Assembly: GCA_963674785.1 (NCBI GenBank)
Contig: OY771555.1
Location: 512,001-576,000, forward strand
Direction: 5' to 3'
DNA length: 64,000 nt
Source of the DNA: Caldisericia bacterium
Lineage (GTDB): Bacteria > Caldisericota > Caldisericia > JAAYUI01
The translations under genes and the position numbers were made by a program. The notes under the pieces are model-generated. The model saw only the letters and a program-made list of their open reading frames with translations, was not told the DNA's origin and searched no databases. Shown here piece by piece: positions 40,629 to 51,326 of the stretch. The stretch's first letter is position 1, and every line of letters begins with the position of its first letter.

Positions 40629-41354
40629 TTAACTTGGGTTGATCTTTGCCGAAAATACTTTCGCAAGAAACCATACCAGAATCAGCTGAAAAACAAATCC
40701 CACAGTGATATAAAGCCACAGTCTAGGGTCACCTTTTATACAAAAATCAAAGGCAAACATTGACCAATAGGTTGGAACGATGGCAAAAGCATAGTGCCAT
40801 AAATTAGTGATAAAAAACGCCGCAACTGGTGCCATCGTAAAAAACCCTGATGCCTTCATCATCGCGAATCCTTCAACCTTGTTGCCTGCAAATGATGCTA
40901 TAAACAGAGCAGTAAAAGGCATGAGAAGTGATGTCATCAAAACGGTGGGGATCATGGAAAGGGAGAATGGCACAAGCCCACACACCGGAATTGCAAGAAG
41001 TACAACAACAAATGAGAGCAGGGTGAGGAATGTGAGTCTGAACACAAGATAGGTGCTTGTCTTAAGAGGGGTAACCTTCAATGTTTTAAGAATTCCCTGG
41101 TCTCTGTCATCAAGAATGAGAAATCCTCCAGCAGTACCCATCAACATCGGTGACACTATGATTAACATCAAACTCATCAAAAGACCGTATTCAGCTGAAA
41201 GTCCACCTGGAACACCCATGTTTTTTTCGATGAAATAAACCATCACACGGAGGATAAGTGCCATGAAAAAAGGACTCACCAACCCAAAGATCACAAACGA
41301 TTCTCTCCAGATTGTTTTGATGTCCCTCCTAAAAAGTGTCCAAATCATGTTCAT
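40629..41354 (-). CDS. ABC-2 type exporter permease
   Basis: Multi-TM, LDDRDQG....KVTPL, NKVEGFA.MK (fluoroquinolone-export permease-like). Confidence 0.8.
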   Translation of the reverse strand: MNMIWTLFRRDIKTIWRESFVIFGLVSPFFMALILRVMVYFIEKNMGVPGGLSAEYGLLMSLMLIIVSPMLMGTAGGFLILDDRDQGILKTLKVTPLKTSTYLVFRLTFLTLLSFVVVLLAIPVCGLVPFSLSMIPTVLMTSLLMPFTALFIASFAGNKVEGFAMMKASGFFTMAPVAAFFITNLWHYAFAIVPTYWSMFAFDFCIKGDPRLWLYITVGFVFQLILVWFLAKVFSAKINPS

Positions 41355-42073
41355 GACGATACCCCCCTTCTGACCATATAGGTCTCATATGTTTTTTTGG
41401 CAAACAAGAATGCAATAGTTATGGAAATAGCGATGTAACCGAGGCTATACAGTATCTGCCAGGTTTCAATCCCCACAAATGGAGCTTGCATCAGCAGCGC
41501 AAATGGCCACACCGGATGAAGGTATATTGTAAATCCTTTCCAGACATCATATATTCCAAGTATTGGTAGATTGAAAAACACAAAATAGAGTGAACCAACA
41601 AAGAGATACTTTGTGATATTGTCAATCTTTGCAACACTTATGAACCCAACAAGTGAATAAAAAACAGCTATCAGGAAAAGCCCAACAACTGCCCAGAACA
41701 TATTTATCCCTCGCCCCCAGACAGAAACAATTGCAATCACTCCACCAGATAGAGCAGTAAGCAAACCCATCGATACTACCTTTGACCAGATATACTCACT
41801 TGATTTCAAAGGCGAGACAACAAGTCCTGAAATGACGTTCTGATCTTTTTCAAACAAAACCATTCCGGCCAAGAAGTAGAAACCCATTGTTGATGTATCG
41901 GTCAGAAGTATAACGGGCAAAATGTATTCAAGCACGTATTTGTCAGGGAATGATGCAAGTGCAAGTATGAACAAAACCCCCCAGAACACAGTCATGAAAA
42001 CTGTTGCATTTACAAGGTTGTGCCTGACAAGAAGCCTGAAGTCATTCTTCAGTTGAACAAGTAGTCTGCTCAT
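41351..42073 (-). CDS. ABC-2 type exporter permease
   Basis: Multi-TM, MVLFEKDQ......VSPL..EY..SK. Confidence 0.8.
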   Translation of the reverse strand: MSRLLVQLKNDFRLLVRHNLVNATVFMTVFWGVLFILALASFPDKYVLEYILPVILLTDTSTMGFYFLAGMVLFEKDQNVISGLVVSPLKSSEYIWSKVVSMGLLTALSGGVIAIVSVWGRGINMFWAVVGLFLIAVFYSLVGFISVAKIDNITKYLFVGSLYFVFFNLPILGIYDVWKGFTIYLHPVWPFALLMQAPFVGIETWQILYSLGYIAISITIAFLFAKKTYETYMVRRGVSS

Positions 42074-42960
42074 ATCAAACCTCTGCCGGTGACTTTGATG
42101 AACACCTCCTCGAGAGTTGGTTCAAGACTATGAATAGTCTGGATGTCACCTTTGATAATCTTCATGAAATCGGAATTGTTACCAAGCCCATCAAGATCAA
42201 ACTCTTTTGTTTCAGTTTTTGTCTCAACACGGACTCTTCTTTTTCCATACTGAAGCTTCAGGTCGTGTGGAGTGTCTACAACTTTCAACTTACCATCATG
42301 GATGAGTCCGATTCTATCACAAAGCTCATCTGCAACATTCATGTTGTGTGTTGTAAGGAAAATTGTCTTGCCTTCATTTTTCTTCTGTAGGATGATGTCC
42401 TTTATGAGCCTTGCATTGATTGGGTCAAGCCCAATTGTTGGCTCATCAAGAAAGAAAATCTCAGGATCGTGAAGAAGAGTTCTTGCAAAATTCAACCTCA
42501 TCTTCATTCCCTTAGAAAAATCTGAAACTTTCTTGTCTGCATCTGCAGCAAGCCCCACCATATCAAGTGCCTCAAGTGGTTTGACCTTCTTTTCTTTGTA
42601 GAGACTTGAGAAGAAATCAAGATTTTCCTTTGCCGTCATCCTTAAATAATGTGATGGAAGCTCAAAGCTGACTCCAATATTTTCGAAGTAGTTATTGTCA
42701 ATCTCTGATAAATCCTTACCCATCACATGCACGCTTCCGGCATAGTTTTTCAGGAGACCGATGAGGATTGAAACAGTTGTTGTTTTTCCAGCACCAGATG
42801 GCCCCAAAAAACCGAAGATCTCACCTTTTGAAATCTCAAAAGATACGTCATCAACAGCACGCTTGATGGCAAATGCTTCTGTGACTCCGGGTGGGAGATC
42901 GGAAACCGCTACCTTTTTAGCATTTTTGTACGCAAAACCGAGATTCTTTACTTCAATCAT
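42070..42960 (-). CDS. ABC transporter ATP-binding protein
   Basis: GPSGAGKT, FSKGM, LDEPT, TTH. Confidence 0.95.
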   Translation of the reverse strand: MIEVKNLGFAYKNAKKVAVSDLPPGVTEAFAIKRAVDDVSFEISKGEIFGFLGPSGAGKTTTVSILIGLLKNYAGSVHVMGKDLSEIDNNYFENIGVSFELPSHYLRMTAKENLDFFSSLYKEKKVKPLEALDMVGLAADADKKVSDFSKGMKMRLNFARTLLHDPEIFFLDEPTIGLDPINARLIKDIILQKKNEGKTIFLTTHNMNVADELCDRIGLIHDGKLKVVDTPHDLKLQYGKRRVRVETKTETKEFDLDGLGNNSDFMKIIKGDIQTIHSLEPTLEEVFIKVTGRGLI

Positions 42961-43078
42961 TTCACCGCTCCTTTTTTTAGTGATACAGATATGACACTCG
43001 ATGTTTGATTTTGTTTATGTTTTGAATTAATTATATAGTTTTTGTTCATAATTTTCAATATCTGCAATCACCCTCCTC

Positions 43079-43390
43079 CGTCATTCCCGGCTTGACCGGG
43101 AATCCAGGTCATACGAAACGTTTGCTGAGTTCGGTTTATCCTGTGCAAGTCTTCGGGTCAAAGCATGATTGGCTTCCCCTCTTCGTCATTCCCGGCTTGA
43201 CCGGGAATCCAGGATCATTGATGGTTCGAAAGTTTTCATTTTATTAATTCTTTTTGATGGACGGGCAATGTCACCTAACAAAAAAAACGCATTTTTGTCC
43301 CCTGGTTTCCAGCAGAAGCTGTGAAAGACAATCCATTACTACGTCATTCCCGTCCCGCATCAAGTGCGGGATGACGGATCGGGAATCTCC
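43079..43390. repeat. REP-like cluster with REPIN-like element (copy E) and nested hairpin identical to 1015-1058
   Basis: CGTCATTCCCGGCTTGACCGGGAATCC twice; CGTCATTCCCGTCCCGCATCAAGTGCGGGATGACGGATCGGGAATC. Confidence 0.85.
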
Positions 43391-43488
43391 GATGCTTGGA
43401 GTTGAAATCCTTTTTTTCTTGCAAAGCTAATTGAACAAACGCAAAAAAATGATAAGCTGGGAGAGATGCTTTATTTGGGGAGACAGAT

Positions 43489-44952
43489 ATGAAAAAGTGG
43501 ATAGTTATTTCCAGTGTCGTTGTGCTTCTTGGTGGTTTGTTTTTCTTTTTTACATTCAGGCTTGCACCCGGTAGCTATTACACATTTCTTTCATCGAAGA
43601 AATCAACCATTCCACAGAAAACTTATGAATTATGCAAAGAATTCAACTATCCGGAAGGTTCCATCTATAAACCAACAGATGATTTTGAATTGATTACCGA
43701 GGATTTGCCAAAACCAATAATCAAAAGGGACTATGACCCAGATTTTGAGTTTGAGAAATGGGAAAACACTGGGTATGAAGAATCTGGAAGGCTTCAGAGG
43801 GTTTGGGGCTTTGATGCCGCCAAAGAAGGTTTTGAGCTGAATGATGTATACAAATCTTCATCGATTCCTGGCAATATTTGGATGTTTCCAACCACAGATA
43901 GGGATAAGAAAAGTTTTAGAATCAAAGATATTTTTTTTGATCCAATAAGTGGGACTTACATGGATAACTACAAACCACCATACTTTATTGATAATTATTG
44001 GTACCATCCACGCTCTGGGTTTTGTGATAGAAACGCAGAACTACATCTCGACAACCTAAACAACATGGTCTCCTTAAAAGACAAAAATGGAAGGATTTTT
44101 TGGCTTCATAGGTTCAAAAAGGTAAGTGGTGTAAACGATTATAGTCCGCATATTGTCGAAATCATAGAGGAGAAGGCGATTGTTCATTGGCACGACAAAT
44201 TTTACTGTATAGATATTTCAAGTGGAGATATAAACTGGATTCTCAAGAACAAAATAAAAGATGTTTATAATGGATCAAAAAAAGCTAGTGGATACCTTTG
44301 GATATATATGTCAAATGCATTTTATGAAGGAGTAAGTGTTAAACCGATCCCCGCCAGTAAACAATACAGAATTGTTTGTTATAGGATTAGTTTATCAAAT
44401 CTTGAAGTTATAAAAATTGGAATCGATCCAATTTATTATTCAGATAAATTTGACTTTTTTGGGGACAGTCTCTATTTCAGAGAAAATGATTCCATAATGG
44501 AACATGATATAAAGACAGGACTGAATATAAGAATAATAGATGATAAGGACTATGATATTGGTTCTTTAAGCAAAGTCTTTTCAAATGGATCACCATATAT
44601 CCAATATCGCTCGGAATTATCAAAAGAAGGGGATTATTTAAGAGAAAAATACATCTATACAGATGATGAGTTCCAAGAGAGGTGGGTAATTGCAAAACGT
44701 ATCAGAAGCATAGAATCTGAGGATGAAAATGTCACAGCTGACGCCAAACTATTTGGGAAAATCAGATTCAGCTCGTACTCTGGTGTAGGGTTTGATGATG
44801 ATACCGTCTTCGGCATTGACACCACCACAGGTCAAAAAACCTGGTGGATAGATAGATCAGAATTATCTGATGATGCCCTGATTCAGATTGTTGATAGAAA
44901 TGGAGTTTGTATCTCTGAAGGGTCTGTGATTAGTTGTTATAGGAAACCGTAA
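43489..44952 (+). CDS. Membrane-anchored PQQ-like beta-propeller protein, paralog of 18780-20192
   Basis: LAPGSY, PEGSIY..TDDF, YCIDISSGDINW, GFDD...FG.D, CYR C-terminus. Confidence 0.75.
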   Translation: MKKWIVISSVVVLLGGLFFFFTFRLAPGSYYTFLSSKKSTIPQKTYELCKEFNYPEGSIYKPTDDFELITEDLPKPIIKRDYDPDFEFEKWENTGYEESGRLQRVWGFDAAKEGFELNDVYKSSSIPGNIWMFPTTDRDKKSFRIKDIFFDPISGTYMDNYKPPYFIDNYWYHPRSGFCDRNAELHLDNLNNMVSLKDKNGRIFWLHRFKKVSGVNDYSPHIVEIIEEKAIVHWHDKFYCIDISSGDINWILKNKIKDVYNGSKKASGYLWIYMSNAFYEGVSVKPIPASKQYRIVCYRISLSNLEVIKIGIDPIYYSDKFDFFGDSLYFRENDSIMEHDIKTGLNIRIIDDKDYDIGSLSKVFSNGSPYIQYRSELSKEGDYLREKYIYTDDEFQERWVIAKRIRSIESEDENVTADAKLFGKIRFSSYSGVGFDDDTVFGIDTTTGQKTWWIDRSELSDDALIQIVDRNGVCISEGSVISCYRKP

Positions 44953-45284
44953 CCTCCGTCATTTTCAACCTGATTGGGAATCTGAAATAACAGATCATAG
45001 CAGGACAGATAATCCAATAGCATCGATACAAGATGAATTCGTCATCATCAATCAAAGATTTGGCGCTAATAATCTGTTAACATTGAAGAAGATAATAAAA
45101 TTGTAAAAATAATAACAGGTGTTAGACTTGGAAAGTGATGGACAGAATGAGTAGAAAAATTTCTTACATATGCATCTTTTCACTTCTTTTTGGGTTGGCT
45201 TTTTTAATTACTCGCGAACAGACATCCACCTCTATTCTCAGAGATATGGATGGTTCAATCAGCTCACTTTAAACAGACTTTTTA

Positions 45285-45665
45285 TTATTCCCTGATCTGA
45301 TCAACAAAAAGCGGTGCAACGAAAAGAAAAACGACATAGATTGCCATCCATGGTTGGAATGACCAAAAATACCAGCTTAATGAGAACCCTGCAATGGCAA
45401 CATATGAAACTATATCAAAAATCACAAAAAGTGGAGTCCAGATAAGTGTGATTCTCCTTGCTTCACGTTTTCCATGTTCCATCGAATAGTATTTGAGTGT
45501 GAATAAAAAAGAAAAAACGGGCGATATTACCAACTTTACAACCCAGTGTGCAAGCTCCGAACCCGTAAGCAGAAGTATTATGATTGCAATCATGGATGAG
45601 AGAACATAGCTTAGAAAAAAGCATTCAATGAGTGTCCACCAGTTTGTGATAAATTTTTTTGCCAT
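45285..45665 (-). CDS. Hypothetical 4-TM membrane protein
   Basis: Hydrophobic segments; ATG 45665 preferred because the track's TTG start is the -35 box TTGACA. Confidence 0.6.
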   Translation of the reverse strand: MAKKFITNWWTLIECFFLSYVLSSMIAIIILLLTGSELAHWVVKLVISPVFSFLFTLKYYSMEHGKREARRITLIWTPLFVIFDIVSYVAIAGFSLSWYFWSFQPWMAIYVVFLFVAPLFVDQIRE

Positions 45666-45744
45666 GACTTTTATGATGGTTATTTGGATGATTGTTGTCA
45701 AGTGAGATAACTCCCATTTTTACGAAGTGAAAATACGGAGGTAT

Positions 45745-46050
45745 GCCATCCTCGCGAACGCGGGGATCTAGGTCGATATTCGAATTCTCCAGAGGAGAAT
45801 TTCTGGAGAACGTCATTCCGGGCTTGACCCGGGGTCTAGCGCTTTTGGTCGCATAAATTTGTGTTATAGAAATTTGATAGTATCTCGTCCCCGGCCCTTC
45901 CGTCATTCCGCACTTGATGCGGAATCTAGGGTTATGTTTGTTTCAATAGACATCACTCAACGTTTCTTAGTACCGGACAATTGATTTCTCCAGACAAAAA
46001 CACATGCAATGTTTTATGCCCTAGATTCCCGTTTTCACTGGAATGACGTA
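45745..46050. repeat. REP-like cluster with REPIN-like element (copy F)
   Basis: CGTCATTCCGGGCTTGACCCGG, CGTCATTCCGCACTTGATGCGGAATC, core, GATTCCCC...GGAATGACG. Confidence 0.8.
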
Positions 46051-46141
46051 GAAAAAACAGAAGAAACGCAGAGATAATCCTACATCACTATTTTTGATGG
46101 TCACGGAACCAGTCAAAGCATCGCTGGAATGAAGTGGAAAC

Positions 46142-48649
46142 CTACCCCTCCAAACTCACACAAACAACCATACCACCATCCATATCAAGGAAGTAGTATT
46201 TTCCTGTTGTTTCGCTGTAGCGTTGCAGGTGGTAAGTATTTGGTAGGTCGATGTATTCACCCGAGGGAACTTTGAAGAAGTATCCACCCATTTCGAGGAT
46301 TTCAGATCGAGTATTATAATACAGCCTTGTATCTCCGCTATAATATAAACCATTTTTAGAAACCTGATTTTTTAGAATATTGATATCACCTGTCAAAGGT
46401 TGACCAAAAATTGATGCAACCTGTTCTCCCGATTTTGCATTGTGTACAATCATACCAGTATCCCAAACAGCTTCATCTCCACATTTTCCATTAATAATAT
46501 ACAACCCATTTCTTGACAAATACCCGTCAAAAGATTCATAAATTGAGAAAATTACTTGGTTCAAACCGGTACATATTTCATTTAATTGATGGTCTTTATT
46601 GTTGATATAATCATTTGACACAGGCCTAAGTGGTTTATCAAAAAGAGAGGTATTTAAATAATTCTCAACTCTTTTTGGAGGATTATCTGCAGTAAAAACA
46701 CCCTTATAAAATGATCCACCAGGTGGATCATAGTGCCCAGAAAAATATGCATATTCATTATTTGAAAAGGAAAAATTCTCAAAATCTAGACACTCTGCCC
46801 AGACAACTTCGCCTGTTGAAATCTTTCTGCATTCATAATACCTGCAAAATTCGTGAGAGTAATATGTCTCACCATTATCTGTTCCTGCAATAAGGCATTT
46901 ATCAGTATCACCAAAAACAGATAAGAAATGAAATGATTCAGTTCTCCAGTCTTCAAGTCCAGTTTCTCCATCCAAACAGCAGAATATATTTTCATTTGTG
47001 TCAGAAAATAATTCTAATGGATTCTTTTTGTATTGAACAAACACTTTATCAAAGCTAGTTGAAGCATCTTTCAATTGAAGAGTTTTTATGATTTTATCAT
47101 AATCAGGATCACCTTTTTTTGGATATTCCCACAAACACAATCCACTTTCAAGATCATAACATTCCAATTTCCTGTTACCCAAATCATCACTTACTAATGC
47201 AAAAAGATGATTCCTGGAGTATTGCGTGAAAATACAGTTTTTTGAAGCTTTCCAGTCTATGGATGTTTTGATATTACTTTTGGGTTTCTTGATGATTTCT
47301 TTGACTTTCAGATCAGAATTATCAACAAAAGAATCAAAACTCTCGTAAATCTTTGGTTCAAAGCTTTTGATCAACACAGGCAACACTCCGGTTTCACCAA
47401 TCGCAAGTTCACCTCTTGAGCTTCCAATAAATATGGGCATATCCATTTTGTTTATCACTTTAACGTTTTTTTTAACATACTCATACGGATATCTCTCAAT
47501 TGTTACAGTATCAGTGCCTGTCTCTTCCCACACGATTTCTAGATATGATTTCTTCCTGACTATGTCAAGTTTCAAGGTTTTTTGTTCTTCCGATTCCTGA
47601 ACCATCTCAATCTGAGAATCATCATTTTCATCTTTGAGTCTTTTTGCAGAAATTGTGATTTCCTCATGAACCATCGAGTCTTCATCTTTTTTTTCAACAT
47701 CCCCAAGTCTCGCCCAGATGAGAAATGATTCTGATTTTCCAGGTTTCACAGATAGTGGCTTGATGGCATCTATTGTGATACTTGTGTTTGAAACCTCAAA
47801 TTCAAAATCGGCCTCTTCTTTTGAATTGTTTTTTACCAACATCTCAAGCTGCTTTGGTTTGTTTTCATAAAGATTCACAACCAAACTATCACTCCCGCTG
47901 GCGACCCAACTCACACTCCACCAATCGGCTTCGGTGATGTGAATGGTTAGGGTCTGGAGTTCTCCCTTTGACGGGGTGATTTTGATTTCTGCATCAACCG
48001 GGAATTCAACTTCTTCAGGCAGTTTGATGGTCACAGGAACATTGACTGCATCATCTAAGTTTCTGATAAAATCAGATGTGATGGTTGTCATGTCTGAGCG
48101 AACCCAACCGGTTCTTCCGTCTTCAAGCTCAATCTCAATCCAGGTTTTATCATCTTCTTCACCTGGGGCTTGAGAAATATAGGTATATTCCTTTTGTTCA
48201 GTTGTATTGAGTAATATTTCTGAACTTGTTGTTGGTTTTTTTCTGATGTTTACAAGCACACCAACCATTACAGTGATATTGTGTTCATCTTCTGCTGAGA
48301 CTATTTCAATTCGGCTGTTTGGAAATGATATGAAATCTGAGTCGGATGTGAGTTTGAAGGTGGACTTTATTCCGGGTGTTTTGTGTTTGTTCCAGATTGT
48401 GAAATCCACGGTTTTTTCTTCACCAGGGGACATTTCAAGGGACAGGGTGTTTAGAGGATTTATGTCATCGGTATTATTTATGACTCCCTCAATCTCATGC
48501 AGCATATATGAGTTCTCAGAATCTGAGTTATCCCAAAAAACGGAGTAGTCTGCTTTCTCTTCTCCACAGCCAGCCATAAGAAACACTGGGGTAATAAGCA
48601 ACACACAAACACAGAAAGCAACAATCTTTTTTAGTGGCTTACCCATCAT
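46142..48649 (-). CDS. Large lipoprotein: SH3b + Ig-like + PQQ-like propeller
   Basis: Lipobox MAGC; VNIRKKP...W.EI....G..GWVRSD (SH3b); CYDLESG..LW and CLDGETG..DW. Confidence 0.75.
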   Translation of the reverse strand: MMGKPLKKIVAFCVCVLLITPVFLMAGCGEEKADYSVFWDNSDSENSYMLHEIEGVINNTDDINPLNTLSLEMSPGEEKTVDFTIWNKHKTPGIKSTFKLTSDSDFISFPNSRIEIVSAEDEHNITVMVGVLVNIRKKPTTSSEILLNTTEQKEYTYISQAPGEEDDKTWIEIELEDGRTGWVRSDMTTITSDFIRNLDDAVNVPVTIKLPEEVEFPVDAEIKITPSKGELQTLTIHITEADWWSVSWVASGSDSLVVNLYENKPKQLEMLVKNNSKEEADFEFEVSNTSITIDAIKPLSVKPGKSESFLIWARLGDVEKKDEDSMVHEEITISAKRLKDENDDSQIEMVQESEEQKTLKLDIVRKKSYLEIVWEETGTDTVTIERYPYEYVKKNVKVINKMDMPIFIGSSRGELAIGETGVLPVLIKSFEPKIYESFDSFVDNSDLKVKEIIKKPKSNIKTSIDWKASKNCIFTQYSRNHLFALVSDDLGNRKLECYDLESGLCLWEYPKKGDPDYDKIIKTLQLKDASTSFDKVFVQYKKNPLELFSDTNENIFCCLDGETGLEDWRTESFHFLSVFGDTDKCLIAGTDNGETYYSHEFCRYYECRKISTGEVVWAECLDFENFSFSNNEYAYFSGHYDPPGGSFYKGVFTADNPPKRVENYLNTSLFDKPLRPVSNDYINNKDHQLNEICTGLNQVIFSIYESFDGYLSRNGLYIINGKCGDEAVWDTGMIVHNAKSGEQVASIFGQPLTGDINILKNQVSKNGLYYSGDTRLYYNTRSEILEMGGYFFKVPSGEYIDLPNTYHLQRYSETTGKYYFLDMDGGMVVCVSLEG

Positions 48650-48798
48650 CGACCTCCTAAAAGCTTCACAATAAGTATAGTGATTACAGCATAAAATCAA
48701 AATATCACACATCTAGCAGAGTCTTGATATGCATTTTTCTGGGATTTATCGAGAGGTTTAAAACTCAAGCCAGAGGGCAGAAATAGAAAACAAGTTTT

Positions 48799-51255
48799 CT
48801 ATTTCTGCAAACTCACACAAACAACCTGTCCACCATCCATATCAAGGAAATAGTATTTTCCTGTTGTTTCGCTGTAGTGTTGCAGGTGGTAAGTATTTGG
48901 AAGGTCGATGTATTCTTTTTCTGGGAGCTTGAAGAAATATCCACCCATTTCGAGGATTTCTCCTTCGATGTTGTAGTAGGAAACATTTTTATTGTAATAA
49001 TAGTTGGATTCCCATTCTCTAAAACTTCCCTCACCAAAATCTATGTCACCATTTTTTGGCATATTTCCAAATGCAGCAATTGTTTCACCGCTATCTTTAT
49101 CAAAAAGAAACATTTCTGTAGAATAGTAATCACTGATAGCAACAACTAATCCATTTTCTGTAACAAATGTTTGATGTTCAGTTGCAGAACCAAAAAAAGA
49201 TTCTATGAGTTTATCAAATTCTTTTTTAGACTCCTCAGGCCACTTCATAGTGGTTTCATTCGCAGAAGACACCCAGGGAAATTCACTATGCAGATAAGAA
49301 CCAGGCCAATAGAGACATGTTTCATGTGTTATTTCTGGTGGAGTATCTGCTGTGATTCTGCCTCCTTTTGTTCCCTCTTCGGAGCTGAAGAAATAGGCAT
49401 AATCGTTGTCTGCATAACCAAAACTCTCAAGTTCGCTATAGTTTTTTTCCCAAAGAACTTCATTTGTTGTTAATTTTCTACATTCAAAATGTTTGCATTG
49501 GTTACCACATTCATCTCTGTACCCACAATCAACGACAAACCTATCAGTGCTCCCAAAAACTGATAAAAAATTATTACCTTTCAAATACCAATCCATCTCT
49601 CCGTTTTTCACATCAAGACAAACCGAAACATTTTTTTCAATTTCAGGATACTTGCTCTCTTCAAGATTATATTGCACAATAACTTTGTCAAATGCAGTCG
49701 AAACATCTTTCAAAAGCAGAGTTTTAGAAATTATATCATACTCAGGGTGATCTTTCTTTGGGTATACCCACAAGAGTTCACCAGAGATGATATCAAAACA
49801 TTCGATTTTCCTGTTCCCCATATTATCATTTATAAGTGTGAATAGATTTTTATCAGAATATTGTGTAAAAATACAATTTTTAGATATCTTCCGGTCAGTT
49901 TTTGATTTTACATTGCTAACAGGTTTTTTGATGACGTGATTTATCTTTAGAGGAAAACTTCTTCCTGAAATCTCAACTTGTGTTTCTGACTTTGAATTCA
50001 GAATTAAGGTTGGAATCAAAAGTGTTTGACTAGCTTCTAACCATTTTGAATTTCCAACATCAATTGTTTGATCAGTATGATTTACAATTTTGATGTTTTT
50101 CAAAACAAATTCATATGGAAGAAGCTCAACAGTTATCGTATCTGTTCCAGTCTCATCCCAAAAAACATCCACATCAAGCTTTTTATGTATGGCACTCAGG
50201 TGTATCTTTTTAAAATCAGAAGTTTGTTCCTCTTCATCATCCTTGTAATTATCAATTCCTTTGATTGTTATAGTCTCTTTGAATTTTGTGTTTTCATCAA
50301 TTCCATCCTTATGCAAAGTATATATCGTGGCACAGACTTTAGTCTTTTTTCCTGCTGAAACCTTCACCTTATCTCGGGTATCAATACGTAAGCTTTTATC
50401 ACTTGTAAAAATATGGAACATTGAAGTTGTGTCTGAATGATTTGTTATTTCAAATTCCACACCAGTACGTTTCCATTCATATAGATCGATCTCTTGTCTA
50501 ACAGTTCCACTGGCAACCCAATTCACACTCCACCAGTCAGCTTCGGTAATCATAAGATTTAAAATCTGCGATTCTCCGTTTGATGGAGTGATTTTAACTT
50601 TTACTTCAACAGGAAGAGTAATTTCTTTTGGAAGCTTGATATTCACTGGGATATCTACAGTATTATCGTCATCTAAATCAAAATCTAGATTTAGTGTTGC
50701 TAGATCTGATCGAACCCAACCAGTTCCTCCATCTTCAAGCTCAATCTCAATCCATGTTCTGCTATCATGATCACTAACTTTTTGTGATCTGATCAAAAAA
50801 CCATAACTTTCAATAGTTTTATATAGTATCTCAGACTCGGTTGTTGGGTTTGATCTTATGTTTACTCCAGATTCAACATATGCAATTCCCGGTTTCCTTT
50901 TTTTAGAGATTGTTTCTATTTTGTCTTTTGGAAATGTAACATATTCTGAGTTTGAAGAGATTCTATAAGTTGTCTTTATTCCAGGTGTTTCATGCCTATT
51001 CCAGATTTTGAGTATAATTGTTTTTTCAGAATCTGGAGCCACCTCTACATAAGAGTTTTTAAGGAGATTACCGGTTCCTTGGTTTTGATATAAGTTCAAG
51101 ATCTTATGTGCTTTATGTGGTCCAGGTGACTCTAGCTCCCAAAACGCTAAGTATTCTGCTTTCTCCTCTCCACAACCAGTGACAAAAATTACGGGACATA
51201 CAAGAATAAAACAGATAACAACTGTTAGAAGCTTTTTTACAGATAAACCCATCAC
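48799..51255 (-). CDS. Large lipoprotein, tandem paralog of 46142-48649
   Basis: Lipobox VTGC; same SH3b and propeller motifs; near-identical C-terminus. Confidence 0.75.
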   Translation of the reverse strand: MMGLSVKKLLTVVICFILVCPVIFVTGCGEEKAEYLAFWELESPGPHKAHKILNLYQNQGTGNLLKNSYVEVAPDSEKTIILKIWNRHETPGIKTTYRISSNSEYVTFPKDKIETISKKRKPGIAYVESGVNIRSNPTTESEILYKTIESYGFLIRSQKVSDHDSRTWIEIELEDGGTGWVRSDLATLNLDFDLDDDNTVDIPVNIKLPKEITLPVEVKVKITPSNGESQILNLMITEADWWSVNWVASGTVRQEIDLYEWKRTGVEFEITNHSDTTSMFHIFTSDKSLRIDTRDKVKVSAGKKTKVCATIYTLHKDGIDENTKFKETITIKGIDNYKDDEEEQTSDFKKIHLSAIHKKLDVDVFWDETGTDTITVELLPYEFVLKNIKIVNHTDQTIDVGNSKWLEASQTLLIPTLILNSKSETQVEISGRSFPLKINHVIKKPVSNVKSKTDRKISKNCIFTQYSDKNLFTLINDNMGNRKIECFDIISGELLWVYPKKDHPEYDIISKTLLLKDVSTAFDKVIVQYNLEESKYPEIEKNVSVCLDVKNGEMDWYLKGNNFLSVFGSTDRFVVDCGYRDECGNQCKHFECRKLTTNEVLWEKNYSELESFGYADNDYAYFFSSEEGTKGGRITADTPPEITHETCLYWPGSYLHSEFPWVSSANETTMKWPEESKKEFDKLIESFFGSATEHQTFVTENGLVVAISDYYSTEMFLFDKDSGETIAAFGNMPKNGDIDFGEGSFREWESNYYYNKNVSYYNIEGEILEMGGYFFKLPEKEYIDLPNTYHLQHYSETTGKYYFLDMDGGQVVCVSLQK

Positions 51256-51326
51256 ACACCTCCAAAGAAACTAAAGACAAGTGTAATGAAATGAGATGAA
51301 AATTGCAAAGGGCTATTTTTGAGATG

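Noticed and set aside
46142-48960. Diversity-generating retroelement TR/VR pair in the near-identical C-termini
   Set aside because: Both copies are coding, mismatches are not confined to adenines of one copy, and no reverse transcriptase is in the window
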